Origin: an uncultured delta proteobacterium | GTDB lineage: Bacteria > Desulfobacterota > Desulfomonilia > Desulfomonilales > Desulfomonilaceae | Direction of reading: 5' to 3' | DNA: 64,000 bases | Assembly: GCA_963789265.1 (NCBI GenBank) | Contig: CAWBKB010000001.1 | Location: 1,056,001 to 1,120,000 of the forward strand | Shown: piece after piece, positions 33,398-43,520 of the stretch | How the letters are laid out: each line of letters starts with the position of its first letter | Numbering within the stretch: position 1 is the stretch's first letter | The notes under the pieces: generated by a model | Databases searched by the model: none | What the model was told of the DNA's origin: nothing | What the model saw: only the letters and a program-made list of their open reading frames with translations | Position numbers and translations under genes: made by a program

Positions 33398-33955
33398 AAG
33401 TCTCAGGCCGACTGAATTGAAGTCCCGGGCGAGCCGAGAAGCTCACGAAATCCCATCCTAAGGCGAGAAGCACGATTTCTCAAGAAGTTTTGGATGATTC
33501 CGCATTCTTGGTCGGGGAATGTGGAGAGCCTCGTGTAAGTACAAACGAAACCCGGCAACGCCGGGATAGTTTGCCGGGCCCTGTCGCCGGGGTTCATGGT
33601 TTGAGATATATTGGCTGGACTTTTAGGATCACATATCTTGATAGTTTCCGTCAAGAAAAAACCAGTGCACTCTTACCAACTACCATAGCTAGACAGCTAC
33701 AACGAAGCATGAAAATGTCAGTAGGACCGGCATGTTGCCGGTCGATAAAGGAAGTTTTCATAGGAACTCGATGGAACAAACGGCAAGACCAACCCCAGGT
33801 TGGCCCGTCCATCAAGGCACCATGCGCTTGACAACCGGTAGGGAGTAATTAATTATTCAAGAGCTAATTTATGCGGTTCCTAGGAGTAATTCAAAGCATG
33901 AAGATCGGTCGCGAGCAAATTTGGTACTGTCTGTCGATAGGGAGGAGGCTCGCGC

Positions 33956-35113
33956 ATGCCCGATAAGGATTTGTACGGGACTCTCGGTGTCAAGAAGGAC
34001 GCGACTACCGATGAGATCAAGAAAGCCTATCGAAAACTTGCCCGTAAATACCACCCGGATGTAAATCCTGGGAACAAAGACGCCGAGGACAAGTTCAAAG
34101 CAATTTCGGAGGCGAACGAAGTACTTTCGGACACCGAGAAGCGCAAGATTTATGACGAATTCGGCTACGATGGTCTGCGGGCCGGCTTCGATCCGGAGCA
34201 GGCGCGGCAGTATCGTCAGTGGCAACAGGCTGGAGGCTTCGCTCGGGGGGCAGGCGCTGGAGGTCCTTTCGGGGGCGGGCCGACCGGGCAGGAGTCTTTC
34301 AAGTATTCGGGATTTGAGGATGTTTTCAGTGATCTGTTCGGCGGGGCCGCTGGTCCGTCGGCTCGCCGGGGACCCGTGAAGGGACACGACATAGAGTCCG
34401 GCCTGGAAATTGATTTTCTCACTGCAATCAAAGGCGCCACCACCCGGATTACGCTCCAGAAACCCAAGGTGTGTGCAAATTGCGCAGGAACGGGATATGT
34501 ACCGGGCAAGGATTCTGTTTGCAAGACATGCAAGGGAACGGGCCAAACCAGGGTAGCACAGGGACCCTTCAATTTCAGTCAGACCTGTCCCGAATGTGGA
34601 GGAACCGGACGCACAGGTGAACGGTGTCCTCAATGTGGCGGAGCCGGAGCAGTTGCGAGTTCCGAAACCATTGACGTGAATATTCCGGCCGGCGTGAAAG
34701 ATGGCTCACGCATTCGGCTCGCAGGCAAGGGAGAGCCTGGTCGGGAAGGGGGGCCGCCCGGAGACCTGTATATAGTAACCCGTGTTCGGCCTCATCCTAT
34801 CTTCAAGCGCGATGGGGATTCCCTGCTCGTCGACGTACCGGTGACGGTAAGTGAAGCGATGAATGGGGCGGAACTGACGGTGCCCACTCCAAGTGGACCG
34901 GTACAGTTGAAGATTCCTCGCGGCACCAGATCCGGCCAGCGTTTGAGGCTCAAGGGAAAGGGGGTGCCCAGCCTTAAGACCAAGAAGCCCGGAGACATGT
35001 TTGTCACGGTTCGAGTTCAGGTCCCTTCGACGAACGATGCCGAGGCTTTGAAGGCTGCTGCAATGCTTGATCGGTTCTACCAGGAGGATATCCGAAGAGA
35101 TATTCGACTGTGA
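33956..35113 (+). CDS. dnaJ: DnaJ-class co-chaperone with J domain and four CxxCxGxG repeats
   Basis: YHPD motif, G/F-rich region, [33 protein letters not shown]-terminal domain. Confidence 0.88.
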   Translation: MPDKDLYGTLGVKKDATTDEIKKAYRKLARKYHPDVNPGNKDAEDKFKAISEANEVLSDTEKRKIYDEFGYDGLRAGFDPEQARQYRQWQQAGGFARGAGAGGPFGGGPTGQESFKYSGFEDVFSDLFGGAAGPSARRGPVKGHDIESGLEIDFLTAIKGATTRITLQKPKVCANCAGTGYVPGKDSVCKTCKGTGQTRVAQGPFNFSQTCPECGGTGRTGERCPQCGGAGAVASSETIDVNIPAGVKDGSRIRLAGKGEPGREGGPPGDLYIVTRVRPHPIFKRDGDSLLVDVPVTVSEAMNGAELTVPTPSGPVQLKIPRGTRSGQRLRLKGKGVPSLKTKKPGDMFVTVRVQVPSTNDAEALKAAAMLDRFYQEDIRRDIRL

Positions 35114-35125
35114 TCGGAAGGGCTT

Positions 35126-35437
35126 ATGGCAACCGACTATTATTTTCGAAAACAAGTCATTGAAATCTTCGAGGTTGATGAGGACTTTCTGGACACTCTG
35201 GAAGCAGAAGACCTGATTCACTCCATTCGAATAGAATCTGTTGAAGAAAAGGTTTTTCTGCCGGACGAAGTTGAAAGGATTCGTATAATCAACAACCTTG
35301 TGAATGATCTGGAAGTAAATCTTCCCGGCGTTGAAGTGATTTTGGAAATGAGGGATAACCTGATCAGAATCCAACGACAATTCGATCAAATCCTCGAAAC
35401 CCTTGTCAGGGAATTGAAAACCAGGCTTCCCGGCTGA
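35126..35437 (+). CDS. cbpM: Chaperone modulator CbpM (MerR_2-like)
   Basis: RIRIINNLVNDLEVNLPGVEVILEM; directly downstream of the J-protein gene. Confidence 0.8.
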   Translation: MATDYYFRKQVIEIFEVDEDFLDTLEAEDLIHSIRIESVEEKVFLPDEVERIRIINNLVNDLEVNLPGVEVILEMRDNLIRIQRQFDQILETLVRELKTRLPG

Positions 35438-35482
35438 TGACTCACTCTTGTCTTGTTTTAACGCCTACGAGGGAAGGGGAGG

Positions 35483-37138
35483 TTGCCCTTGCCGCAAATC
35501 TCACCGCGTCGTGCTAAGATCCTTATCGTTTGCTTTCTTGTCCTGATTGAGGCCGGCGCGCCATCCTTCTGTCGTGCAGATCAGAGCGCTGCCAACCTGC
35601 TGAAACAGGCTCGGGCGGAGTCAAGTCCCTCCAAACGAATACAGTTGCTGGATCGGGCCCTCAAAGATTCATCCATCAAGGGGGACCTGCTTGCTTCAAT
35701 ATACTTCGAACGAGCTATGGCATACAAAGCCACCAATGATTGCTTTCGAGCAATTGAGGACCTTGATTCCTCGCTGGCTTATTCGCGTCATAAGTCACCG
35801 ACAGCCCTTCTGGAAAAGGTGCATTGTTTAATACTTGTGGAACAACTGGACGAGGCTTCCCGCGTGTTGGAATCGGTCCTATTGAACGCCCCGGCGACAG
35901 ATCGAGCCTACGTGCTCAAAGGGATGATCTATGAGAAGGAGGGGTTTCTTTCCAAGGCCGAGGATGAGTACACCAGGGCGTTGGATCGCAACCCTCGATC
36001 GATCAGTGCGCTCGACATGCGGGCCAGGCTCCAGCTCAGAGAAGGCAAGCCCAGAAAGGCCCTTGAAGACATGAATGCTTTGAGCCGGCTGGCACCTAAA
36101 GACTCGGACGTTTTTATGACGCGGGCTCGGATTCACGCTAAGCTCAAGGACTATCCCGCGGCCCTTGCCGACTACGGTCGTGTCGAATCTCTTGCGCCGG
36201 GAGACGATCGAGTGATCAAGGAGAAAGTCCGGGTCTATTTTGAAGCCGATCAGCCCGGCAAGGCCCTCTCCGCGTTAACAGCTTACGGTGCCAAACATCC
36301 CACGGATGTCGAGGCCCTTGTGCTCGAAGCGCGGGCACATATCCTCCTCAAAGCCTACCGGAAGGCCGAACAACTGCTCAAGCAAGCCCTGGCAAAGAAG
36401 CCGCTTTATGCTCCGGCGCACTTGTACATGGGCGTGGTGCTGGTCCGTAATCGAGATCCCGACCATGCTCTGGAAAATTTCAACCGCGCTCTGGAGCTTG
36501 ATCCGACGCTGGTGGAAGCCTATAAAGAGAGGGCCCACACGTTCACCAAACTGGGCGACCCTGTGCGGGCCGCTGCCGACCTTACTTCTGCTGCGGCTCT
36601 TGACCCTGCTGACGGGGAAATTTTTGCTTTTCGCGGGTTGACGCTCATGAGAAGGATGCTTTACGATGCGGCCATATCGGACTTTACTCGAGCCCTGGAG
36701 TGTCTGCCAGCCGATCCGCGCATTATGTACGACAGGGCGGTAGCATATCTTCGCAAGGGCGAGCCGCAAACCGCACTGGCCGATCTTGATTCGTTGTTAC
36801 AGGAGAAACCGAACGCGGCTCGGGCTCTCAGCCTGAGAGGGATAATCTACCTCAATTCCGGGAATCCGGAAAAGGCTAGATCGGATTTCGACAAGGCTGT
36901 GTCCATCAGTCCCCGGGATTCGGAAGTGCGGAACAATCGTGGGTTTTTCGAGTTCAGGATGGGCGACCGGCGGGCGGCAATTGAAGACTTCAATCAGGCC
37001 CTCAAACTAGATCCTGCATACAACAGAGCACGGTACAACCTGGACTTGGCCCTCAACAAACAGGAGGCAGCGGCTGCGAGTGGGACGACCGTACCTCCGA
37101 CTCCTCATGATGCGCCGAAAGTGACTAATGGCAAATGA
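35483..37138 (+). CDS. Exported TPR repeat protein
   Basis: Signal-like N-terminus and many TPR units (A..DF..AL.LDP). Confidence 0.9.
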   Translation: MPLPQISPRRAKILIVCFLVLIEAGAPSFCRADQSAANLLKQARAESSPSKRIQLLDRALKDSSIKGDLLASIYFERAMAYKATNDCFRAIEDLDSSLAYSRHKSPTALLEKVHCLILVEQLDEASRVLESVLLNAPATDRAYVLKGMIYEKEGFLSKAEDEYTRALDRNPRSISALDMRARLQLREGKPRKALEDMNALSRLAPKDSDVFMTRARIHAKLKDYPAALADYGRVESLAPGDDRVIKEKVRVYFEADQPGKALSALTAYGAKHPTDVEALVLEARAHILLKAYRKAEQLLKQALAKKPLYAPAHLYMGVVLVRNRDPDHALENFNRALELDPTLVEAYKERAHTFTKLGDPVRAAADLTSAAALDPADGEIFAFRGLTLMRRMLYDAAISDFTRALECLPADPRIMYDRAVAYLRKGEPQTALADLDSLLQEKPNAARALSLRGIIYLNSGNPEKARSDFDKAVSISPRDSEVRNNRGFFEFRMGDRRAAIEDFNQALKLDPAYNRARYNLDLALNKQEAAAASGTTVPPTPHDAPKVTNGK

Positions 37139-37923
37139 CAAGACCGCGTTATCAGGCAATTTTGGCAGACCTCGACGGCACTGTGAACAGAGGAGACTCT
37201 CTGATACCCGGCGTGGAAGCCGTTTACAAGGATCTTTCCGAAAGAGGTATTAAATGGCTGTTCCTGTCCAACAATGCGGGCTTGCTTGCCTCGGATTTGG
37301 CCCTAAGAATCGGCAGATTCGGGATTCCGGTTGCCGAAACTGAGGTGATTAATTCCGCGTCCGCGCTGATCTATGCTTTAAAACGGGAGGCCCCGGGAAA
37401 GCGGGTCATGGTAGTCGGGGGGCCGAGACTCATTCAAGGAATTGAAGCCGCGGGTGCGACGATTTCTGATGACTCCAGGAATGTAGATATCGTAGTGGCC
37501 TCAATAGACAAGAGCTTTACCTACGAAAAATTGAAGAATGCACACATTGCTCTTCAAAACGGCTCACTCCTGTGGGCCAGTAACCTTGATCCTACGTTTC
37601 CGGTTGCGGGCGGATTTCATCCGGGAGCAGGTAGCATAGTCGCTGCAATTTCCACCGCGGCCGGACACCCGCCCGATCGCGTATTCGGCAAACCTTCGCC
37701 GGACATGGCAGTCCTAGCGCTTGACACTTTGAATCTCCCCGCGTCGCTCTGCCTCGTAGTGGGAGATCGCATGACAACAGACATTCTTTTCGCAAAGAAC
37801 GCAGGAATGGCTTCAGCCTTGGTCCTTACCGGCGCCACTTCGCGCTCGGATCTGGCGAAGTATTCATACGCTCCGGACTATGTTCTTGAAAGCATCGCTG
37901 ACGTACCAGAACTTTTCGACTGA
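37135..37923 (+). CDS. HAD-IIA hydrolase (NagD family)
   Basis: DLDGT, LSNN, GKP, VGDRMTTDI, VLTG. Confidence 0.93.
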   Translation: MTRPRYQAILADLDGTVNRGDSLIPGVEAVYKDLSERGIKWLFLSNNAGLLASDLALRIGRFGIPVAETEVINSASALIYALKREAPGKRVMVVGGPRLIQGIEAAGATISDDSRNVDIVVASIDKSFTYEKLKNAHIALQNGSLLWASNLDPTFPVAGGFHPGAGSIVAAISTAAGHPPDRVFGKPSPDMAVLALDTLNLPASLCLVVGDRMTTDILFAKNAGMASALVLTGATSRSDLAKYSYAPDYVLESIADVPELFD

Positions 37924-38011
37924 CTCGATTCCGGATGTTGACGGTCGCGGCCACCTCCGGATAGTATGATTGTCAGGAACCTACCTGCGAAGATATTCAT
38001 GAGGGATTGAT

Positions 38012-38263
38012 GTGAAAAGGTCGGTCAAACTCTACGCGCTCAGCACCTGTCCTCACTGCAAGTGCACCAAGAAATTCTTGCACGATTGCGGAGTGAAATT
38101 CGATTGTACGGACGTAGACAAGGCGCGTAAAGAGGATGTTGCGGCAGTCTTCGAAGAAGTGAAAAGACTTACCTCCATGTGCTCGTTTCCCACAATTGTG
38201 ATTGGAGATGAAGTGATCGTGGGGTTCAGGGAGGACAAAATCAGGGAGGCCCTCGGTTTGTGA
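38012..38263 (+). CDS. Glutaredoxin (NrdH-like)
   Basis: LSTCPHC, SFPTIVIG...VGF. Confidence 0.9.
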   Translation: MKRSVKLYALSTCPHCKCTKKFLHDCGVKFDCTDVDKARKEDVAAVFEEVKRLTSMCSFPTIVIGDEVIVGFREDKIREALGL

Positions 38264-38595
38264 TGGAAGTGGAACAACTCTATGAAATGTTGCGAAAAGT
38301 TCAGGAGCCTAAAGGCTATTTTTTCAATAAAGATAAGCAGAGTGTTTTTGAGCTTCTGGAAGGCCTTCTTATCAATAAAGAGCGTTACGGGTACATGTGT
38401 TGCCCATGCCGGCTGGCCGCGAACGACCGCGAGCACGATAAGGATATAATCTGTCCGTGCATATACCGGGAGCCTGACGTTCAAGAGTACGGAAGCTGTT
38501 ACTGCAATCTCTACGTTTCAAAAGCTTGGAACGAGCGAACAATTCCCCATGAATACGTACCTGAGCGACGGCCTCCCGAGAAGTTTGTCTTTTGA
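38260..38595 (+). CDS. Ferredoxin:thioredoxin/glutaredoxin reductase catalytic subunit
   Basis: CPCR, ICPC, CYC motifs. Confidence 0.92.
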   Translation: MMEVEQLYEMLRKVQEPKGYFFNKDKQSVFELLEGLLINKERYGYMCCPCRLAANDREHDKDIICPCIYREPDVQEYGSCYCNLYVSKAWNERTIPHEYVPERRPPEKFVF

Positions 38596-38665
38596 CTGTT
38601 GAGCGGCTTTCCGGACACGTAAATTTTCGATAAGAACTATGCACTTGGCGAATAATACGACTACT

Positions 38666-39017
38666 GTCATTGCGAGGGCGGATGCCCGTGGCAATCTTCC
38701 AACCTGCAAAAAAGATTGCTTTCCCGTGTGACGCGGGATTTCACTCCGCGCAATGACATCAACCCGCCAAGCCGAAACTTTGGCAAGGGTACAATCCCTT
38801 ACTCGATTTCCTAAGTACGGTGTCTTATTTCGGGCAATGTTGACCGTTCTTGCCATCCTGTTCGACGCGGTCACCCCGGACTCCGATCCGGGGTCCAGTC
38901 TGGGTGCCCGCGTACGCGAGCATGACCGCAGGTAGGATGCCTGCCCCAGGTGCCACTGCTGGCTTGTCCAGCAGTGCCTGCTGGAAGAACACTGCTGGGC
39001 AAGCCAGCAGTGGCACC
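38666..39017. repeat. Cluster of several palindromic repeat families including E, F and A
   Basis: GTCATTGCGAG..GCGCAATGAC (38666-38758); GTCACCCCGGACTCCGATCCGGGGTCCAG (~38870); TGCCCGCGTACGCGAGCATGAC; family A doublet at 38949-39017. Confidence 0.8.
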
Positions 39018-39086
39018 CCTATACGCGACCTTATTTCCACAACGCAGTGCTCGGCAGAAGTGCCGGCAAAGGGTGCGGTCAAATCT

Positions 39087-39525
39087 TTAGCGTGCCAACA
39101 ACACCACGAATATCAGAAATGCGATAAAACTCAGCAAGCTCCTGACGGCATGCAATCGGTTCCATTTGGTAAGAAGACGCATGGTGGCCTCAGATTCCGT
39201 GTCAAGGTCCGGATGCAGCAATTGGTTGTTGATAGGCATGATCACGATCAAAGTGTACCGGAACCGCCAAACCGAGACAGATTCCGCCCACGAGCCACCA
39301 GGCGCCCGCACCCAACAACCAACCGGCCGCCGCGGTCACGAAACCGATGACCGCCAGAGGTGCCTGCATTCTTGCGGCCCTGTGGTAGCTAGGACCAAAC
39401 TCTGTGGCGGCGAGCTTTGTTCCGCACTGCATTCTAGCGGGGTGCTCCACAAAATTGATGTACACGGCTGCGCCGGCAAATATTCCTGATGCGACAGTGG
39501 CTATTATTTCGAGAACTTTTTCCAT
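39087..39525 (-). CDS. DUF1772 / anthrone oxygenase-like membrane protein (apparent +1 frameshift at ~39258)
   Basis: GIFAGAAVYINFVEHPAR, PSYHRAARMQ; removing one base restores VPYTLIVIMPINNQLL...W..LHAVR. Confidence 0.85.
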
Positions 39526-39605
39526 CGGTGTCCCCTCTCGTACCGAATCGCTTTCAAGCAAGTGAACCGTGTTTCTGATGGGTCAGCCACGCCAGGCTGC
39601 GTCCC

Positions 39606-39689
39606 GTCATGCCCGCGTACGCGGGCATGCAGTAGGACCGGCCTCCGTGCCGGTTGTTCGCGAGTCACCGGCGGGGACGCCGGCGCTAC
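39606..39689. repeat. REP-like hairpins
   Basis: GTCATGCCCGCGTACGCGGGCATG followed by GTAGGACCGGCCTCCGTGCCGGT..ACCGGCGGGGACGCCGGCGCTAC. Confidence 0.65.
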
Positions 39690-39711
39690 TCCGGATCGGG
39701 GTCTGCTACAA

Positions 39712-40443
39712 CTACTTTGCAACGCAGTATGTATTGAAACGCTCCCCGACTTTCTTCCAGTCTATGATCTTGGCAAAGTTATCTACGTATTCGGCTCGCC
39801 GGTTTTGATACTTCAAGTAATAAGCGTGTTCCCACACATCGCATACCATAAGCGGCATGGTACCCCAACTGGTGAGATTCTGGTGCTTTTCGGCCTGCAT
39901 CACTATCAGTTTCTTGCTGAAGGGTTCCCATGCGAGAATTCCCCAACCGGATGCTTCCACAGCCTTGGATGCCGCTGCAAATTGCTTCCAGAACGTTTCG
40001 AAGGAGCCGAAATCTTTCTTGATCGCATCCGCTACCGGGCCGGATGGAGTACCGCCGGCTTTAGGCCCAATCGTGCTGAAGTATATCCAGTGGAGCACAA
40101 CCCCGGAGCCGTTAAACGCCAGGTCGCGGCTCACTGCTTTGATCGCCTCAAAATTTCCGGACGTCCTGGCCTTTTCCAGCTTTTTAAGCGCTGAGTCGAG
40201 ACCCTCGATGTAAGCCGCGAAATGCTTGTTGTGATGTATTTTCACGGTTTCTTTGTCAATGACGGGCTCGAGGGCATCATCAGGGTAGGGGAGTGGAGGT
40301 AATTTGTGGATGAAGGGAGGCGCTCCGCCTTCCTTTGGATTCGCGGCCAGCGCTTCCGAACTCAGGAATTGCGACAGGACCCCAACCGTGGCCGCAGCTC
40401 CCACCCCTTTCATGATCTCGCGTCTGCTCAATTCATTTTCCAT
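39712..40443 (-). CDS. Fe/Mn superoxide dismutase with Tat signal peptide
   Basis: LSRREIMK twin-Arg signal; LPPLPY..DALEP, HHNKH, FNGSG..LH, SGW, DVWEHAYY. Confidence 0.93.
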   Translation of the reverse strand: MENELSRREIMKGVGAAATVGVLSQFLSSEALAANPKEGGAPPFIHKLPPLPYPDDALEPVIDKETVKIHHNKHFAAYIEGLDSALKKLEKARTSGNFEAIKAVSRDLAFNGSGVVLHWIYFSTIGPKAGGTPSGPVADAIKKDFGSFETFWKQFAAASKAVEASGWGILAWEPFSKKLIVMQAEKHQNLTSWGTMPLMVCDVWEHAYYLKYQNRRAEYVDNFAKIIDWKKVGERFNTYCVAK

Positions 40444-40801
40444 TTCATCATTCCTTTCCTGTTAAGAAATTTCGGCAATCCAGTGTCCTTTTCCAAGCAA
40501 TAGGCCCCCTTGAGACACTGATCTTATTCATTTCAGGATATCCGCAGCAGAACCAATCCGTCAATAGAGGCCAAACTGCTTGGCTGCGGAACGCCTGCCG
40601 TCAATCGTCTTCGATTAGATCGGATATGCGATTTTCGTTGGTTTGGGCTCTCAATTACGAGGCGAGATTGACGGCTCGATGTTGTCCGCTCAGTGTGGTA
40701 ACATTATTTAATATAAGCGCAACACATTATAAAAGCATTTTCCCTTCAAATCCGATTCCCAGATGAAGCAAATAAGGTGACTGTTCACCGGGCGATCAGG
40801 A

Positions 40802-40986
40802 TTTACCGCAGAGTGCGCCGAGAACGCAGAGAAAAAGATAGCTTATTCGGGACCACGTGGATTCCCGGCGCGTACGGCCAAGCCGGAATCGCCCACACTG
40901 TAACAGACCGGAATTTGCGGTACTCAATCGGATAGAGGTGCAGCGAAAACAGAATTCTCCGCGGTCTCTGCGTTCTCCGCGGTGAA
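40802..40986. mobile_element. ~180-bp MITE-like element, family B
   Basis: TTACCGCAGAGTGCGCCGAGAACGCAGAG...CTCTGCGTTCTCCGCGGTGAA; homologous to 6836-7012. Confidence 0.75.
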
Positions 40987-41010
40987 CTATTGCCACATAA
41001 GAAAACACGA

Positions 41011-41622
41011 ATGGAGTTTTTTATAACAACAGGAATTATTTTGGGTTTGTCTTCCGGGTTTGCGCCGGGGCCGCTTACAACCCTGGTTATTGCTCAATCT
41101 CTGCAACACGGAGCAAGAGAAGGAGTGAAAGTATCGCTGGCCCCGTTGCTTACCGATTTGCCTATTATTCTTTTGTCTGTGTTCGCTCTGACACGGATAC
41201 GACACTTTCACGCGATTTTGGGGTCCATCTCCATCGTTGGCGGCATCTTCTTGGTCTACCTGGCTTATTTGAGCTTCAAGACGAGCAACCTTGGCATGGA
41301 TATCAAGGCAACCGAAGCGCGATCCCTGGGAAAAGGGACAATTGCAAATTTCCTCAACCCTTCTCCGTACTTGTTTTGGATAACCATCGGGGCGCCAAGT
41401 GTGGTTGCGGCATGGACTGAAAGTTCCCTTGTTGCAGCCGGATTCCTTGTTGGCTTTTACACATGCCTGGTGGGGACAAAGATGTTCTTGGCCGTTGTCG
41501 CCGCTCATTCGAGGCGATTTCTCAGCGGACCGGCTTATGGCTATGTGATGCGGATTCTCGGAGTCTTGCTGTTGATTCTTGCGGTTGTCTTGCTGCGGGA
41601 TGGAATTCGGCTTTGGGGCTGA
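41011..41622 (+). CDS. LysE family translocator
   Basis: GLSSGFAPGPL, D.PII, NFLNP.PY.FW. Confidence 0.9.
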   Translation: MEFFITTGIILGLSSGFAPGPLTTLVIAQSLQHGAREGVKVSLAPLLTDLPIILLSVFALTRIRHFHAILGSISIVGGIFLVYLAYLSFKTSNLGMDIKATEARSLGKGTIANFLNPSPYLFWITIGAPSVVAAWTESSLVAAGFLVGFYTCLVGTKMFLAVVAAHSRRFLSGPAYGYVMRILGVLLLILAVVLLRDGIRLWG

Positions 41623-41764
41623 TGCTGTCGGGCGGAGTCGTGACATTGCCAAGATTTCTTTTTAGCTCAGGTTGACCGCGGTTCGCCAGACATGACGCAA
41701 GGGCAGCTGTGACAGTGGGGTCTTCTCCGGCGTCGTTGAGTTAAGGGAAGTTCTGTCTCCGGGC

Positions 41765-42172
41765 ACCGTCACCCCGGCGAAGGCCGGGGTCCAGGATTGC
41801 AGTATGTCACGGGTTTGGACTTCGGCTCCAGCTCGAATCAAGAGAATAATAGTGAATAAACAGCCTGCTGTATACATCCTAGCAAGCAAAAGAAATGGGA
41901 CTCTGTACATCGGAGTGACTTCAGACCTAGTCAAGCGGGTATGGGAACATAAGAACAATCTGGCAGAAGGATTTACCAAACGTTACGGCGTCCATCAACT
42001 GGTTTGGTACTAGCTCCACGAGAGCATGGAATCTGCTATTAAGCGGGAGAAGAGAGTGAAGGAATGGAAGCGGGCATGGAAAGTGACATTGATCGAAAGC
42101 GTCAATCCGACCTGGCAGGATTTGTATAGCACAATCGTTTAACTGGACCCCGGCCTTCGCCGGGGTGACGGT
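41765..42172 (+). mobile_element. GIY-YIG nuclease gene bracketed by perfect 30-bp inverted repeats (family F)
   Basis: ACCGTCACCCCGGCGAAGGCCGGGGTCCAG (41765-41794) and its exact reverse complement (42143-42172). Confidence 0.8.
41852..42142 (+). pseudogene. GIY-YIG nuclease with in-frame TAG at 42011
   Basis: VYILASKRNGTLYIGVTSDL.KRVWEHK...LVWY*LHESMESAIKREKRVKEWKRAWK..LIE..NP.W.DLY. Confidence 0.88.
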
Positions 42173-42237
42173 CTTATTAGGTTCCGCAGACGAACAAAAA
42201 TACGGGGTCAAAAAATAGTGGATCGCCCATTAAAAGA

Positions 42238-42353
42238 GCGGTCAGGTCTTGTTTGTTGCTTTTTCCTTTCGCCCTGCACAATCCTGCTCACTGTGGAGTG
42301 GCGGAGTCCACAAGTGCTGCGATCTTATGCTGCAAAATACAAGTCCTGACCCC
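42238..42353. repeat. ~115-bp element, family G, copy 1
   Basis: GGTCAGGTCTTG...CAAGTCCTGACCCC termini; core nearly identical to 43384-43501. Confidence 0.85.
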
Positions 42354-42560
42354 ATGATATTGTATTTTCGCCCCTTCTTTGAAGTGCCTCTTATGTGAGT
42401 GGTCATTGAAGACATACTCCCCCAGACTAGTGCTTGGACCCTAATCTCTTCATGGTCTTAACTGATAAGAATACCATGCTATTACAATATATTTTTAATA
42501 ATGTTGAAACAAAAATCTCTGTCTAAAGTCTAAATTATTAGAACCAAGGAGGTTCAAAAT

Positions 42561-42767
42561 ATGTCCATTAGAAAAGAATTCGTGGACGACATCAAACATT
42601 GGGAGGGCTTCAGTTTTAGTATTCAAGATAGACCGTTCATGGAAGTTTGGCCGGATGATGACTTTTCAGACTGGGTATCAGCCCATGAAGATAGGGCCAG
42701 GAACATAATCTGCCACACGCCGGAGGTCAGAGCCACCCCGTACTGCGGCGTTGGCTACATCCAATAA
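42561..42767 (+). CDS. Small acidic hypothetical protein
   Basis: 68-aa ORF with strong RBS AAGGAGG after an AT-rich upstream region. Confidence 0.6.
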   Translation: MSIRKEFVDDIKHWEGFSFSIQDRPFMEVWPDDDFSDWVSAHEDRARNIICHTPEVRATPYCGVGYIQ

Positions 42768-43007
42768 TTGTCTAACCGGGTGTTTTGGGGCAAACGCTAT
42801 CTGAGCAGGGTCTTTGCCCTTTATTTAAGTCAAATGAGATGGTCTATGGATTCTACTCAATTCCGTACAAGATGCTGCAGAAGCATCATGACAAAGCCCC
42901 AACAGCCAGTGCCTTTGCCGATCACAGTCAATGGCCTATTGTAAGAAAGGCCCTGCGGATTTCTCCGGGGGGACCCATTTACAATCCGATCTCGGCTGGA
43001 GCTCAAA

Positions 43008-43268
43008 ATGCCGATTTACGAATACCTGTGCGAGAAGTGCGGTAGGGAATTTGAGGAACGGCAGAAATTCTCAGACCCGGTAGTTGACAAATGCCCGACA
43101 TGCGGAGGCAAATCGCGTAGATTGATCTCCCAGTCTACGTTCGTGCTCAAGGGAACCGGATGGTACGTTACTGATTACGGAAGAAAAGACAGTAGTTCTT
43201 CTGGACAGACTCCGCCCAAGAAAGAATGTTCCTCGGAGACCAAGACCTCGAACTCGGATGCCGGATAG
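43008..43268 (+). CDS. FmdB family zinc ribbon protein
   Basis: MPIYEYLCEKCG...CPTCGG...FVLKGTGWYVTDY. Confidence 0.92.
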   Translation: MPIYEYLCEKCGREFEERQKFSDPVVDKCPTCGGKSRRLISQSTFVLKGTGWYVTDYGRKDSSSSGQTPPKKECSSETKTSNSDAG

Positions 43269-43383
43269 AGGTTAGGAACGAAAAGGTGGAATATGTCCCA
43301 GTGGACCGTCCGCTGCGGGCCGGATATCTGGGAGCTAACAAGTAAGCGCAGATAGCTCTGTCAGCGTAAGTCTTTTGCAACAA

Positions 43384-43501
43384 GGGGGCAGGTGTTTTTT
43401 CTTGACTTCCTTCCTTTCGCCCTGCACAATCCTGCTCACTGTGGAGTGGTGGAGCCCACAAGTGCTGCGATCTTATGCTGCAAAACAAAAGACCTAACCC
43501 C
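43384..43501. repeat. ~115-bp element, family G, copy 2
   Basis: Shares TTCCTTTCGCCCTGCACAATCCTGCTCACTGTGGAGTGG...CACAAGTGCTGCGATCTTATGCTGCAAAA with copy 1. Confidence 0.85.
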
Positions 43502-43520
43502 AAGATTCATACGGTCATGT

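Noticed and set aside
33840..33955. Possible CIRCE operator upstream of dnaJ
   Set aside because: No TTAGCACTC-N9-GAGTGCTAA match
42011..42013. In-frame TAG as pyrrolysine or recoding
   Set aside because: A single G-to-T change from the expected Glu codon; many other genes here end in TAG; no pyl genes in the window
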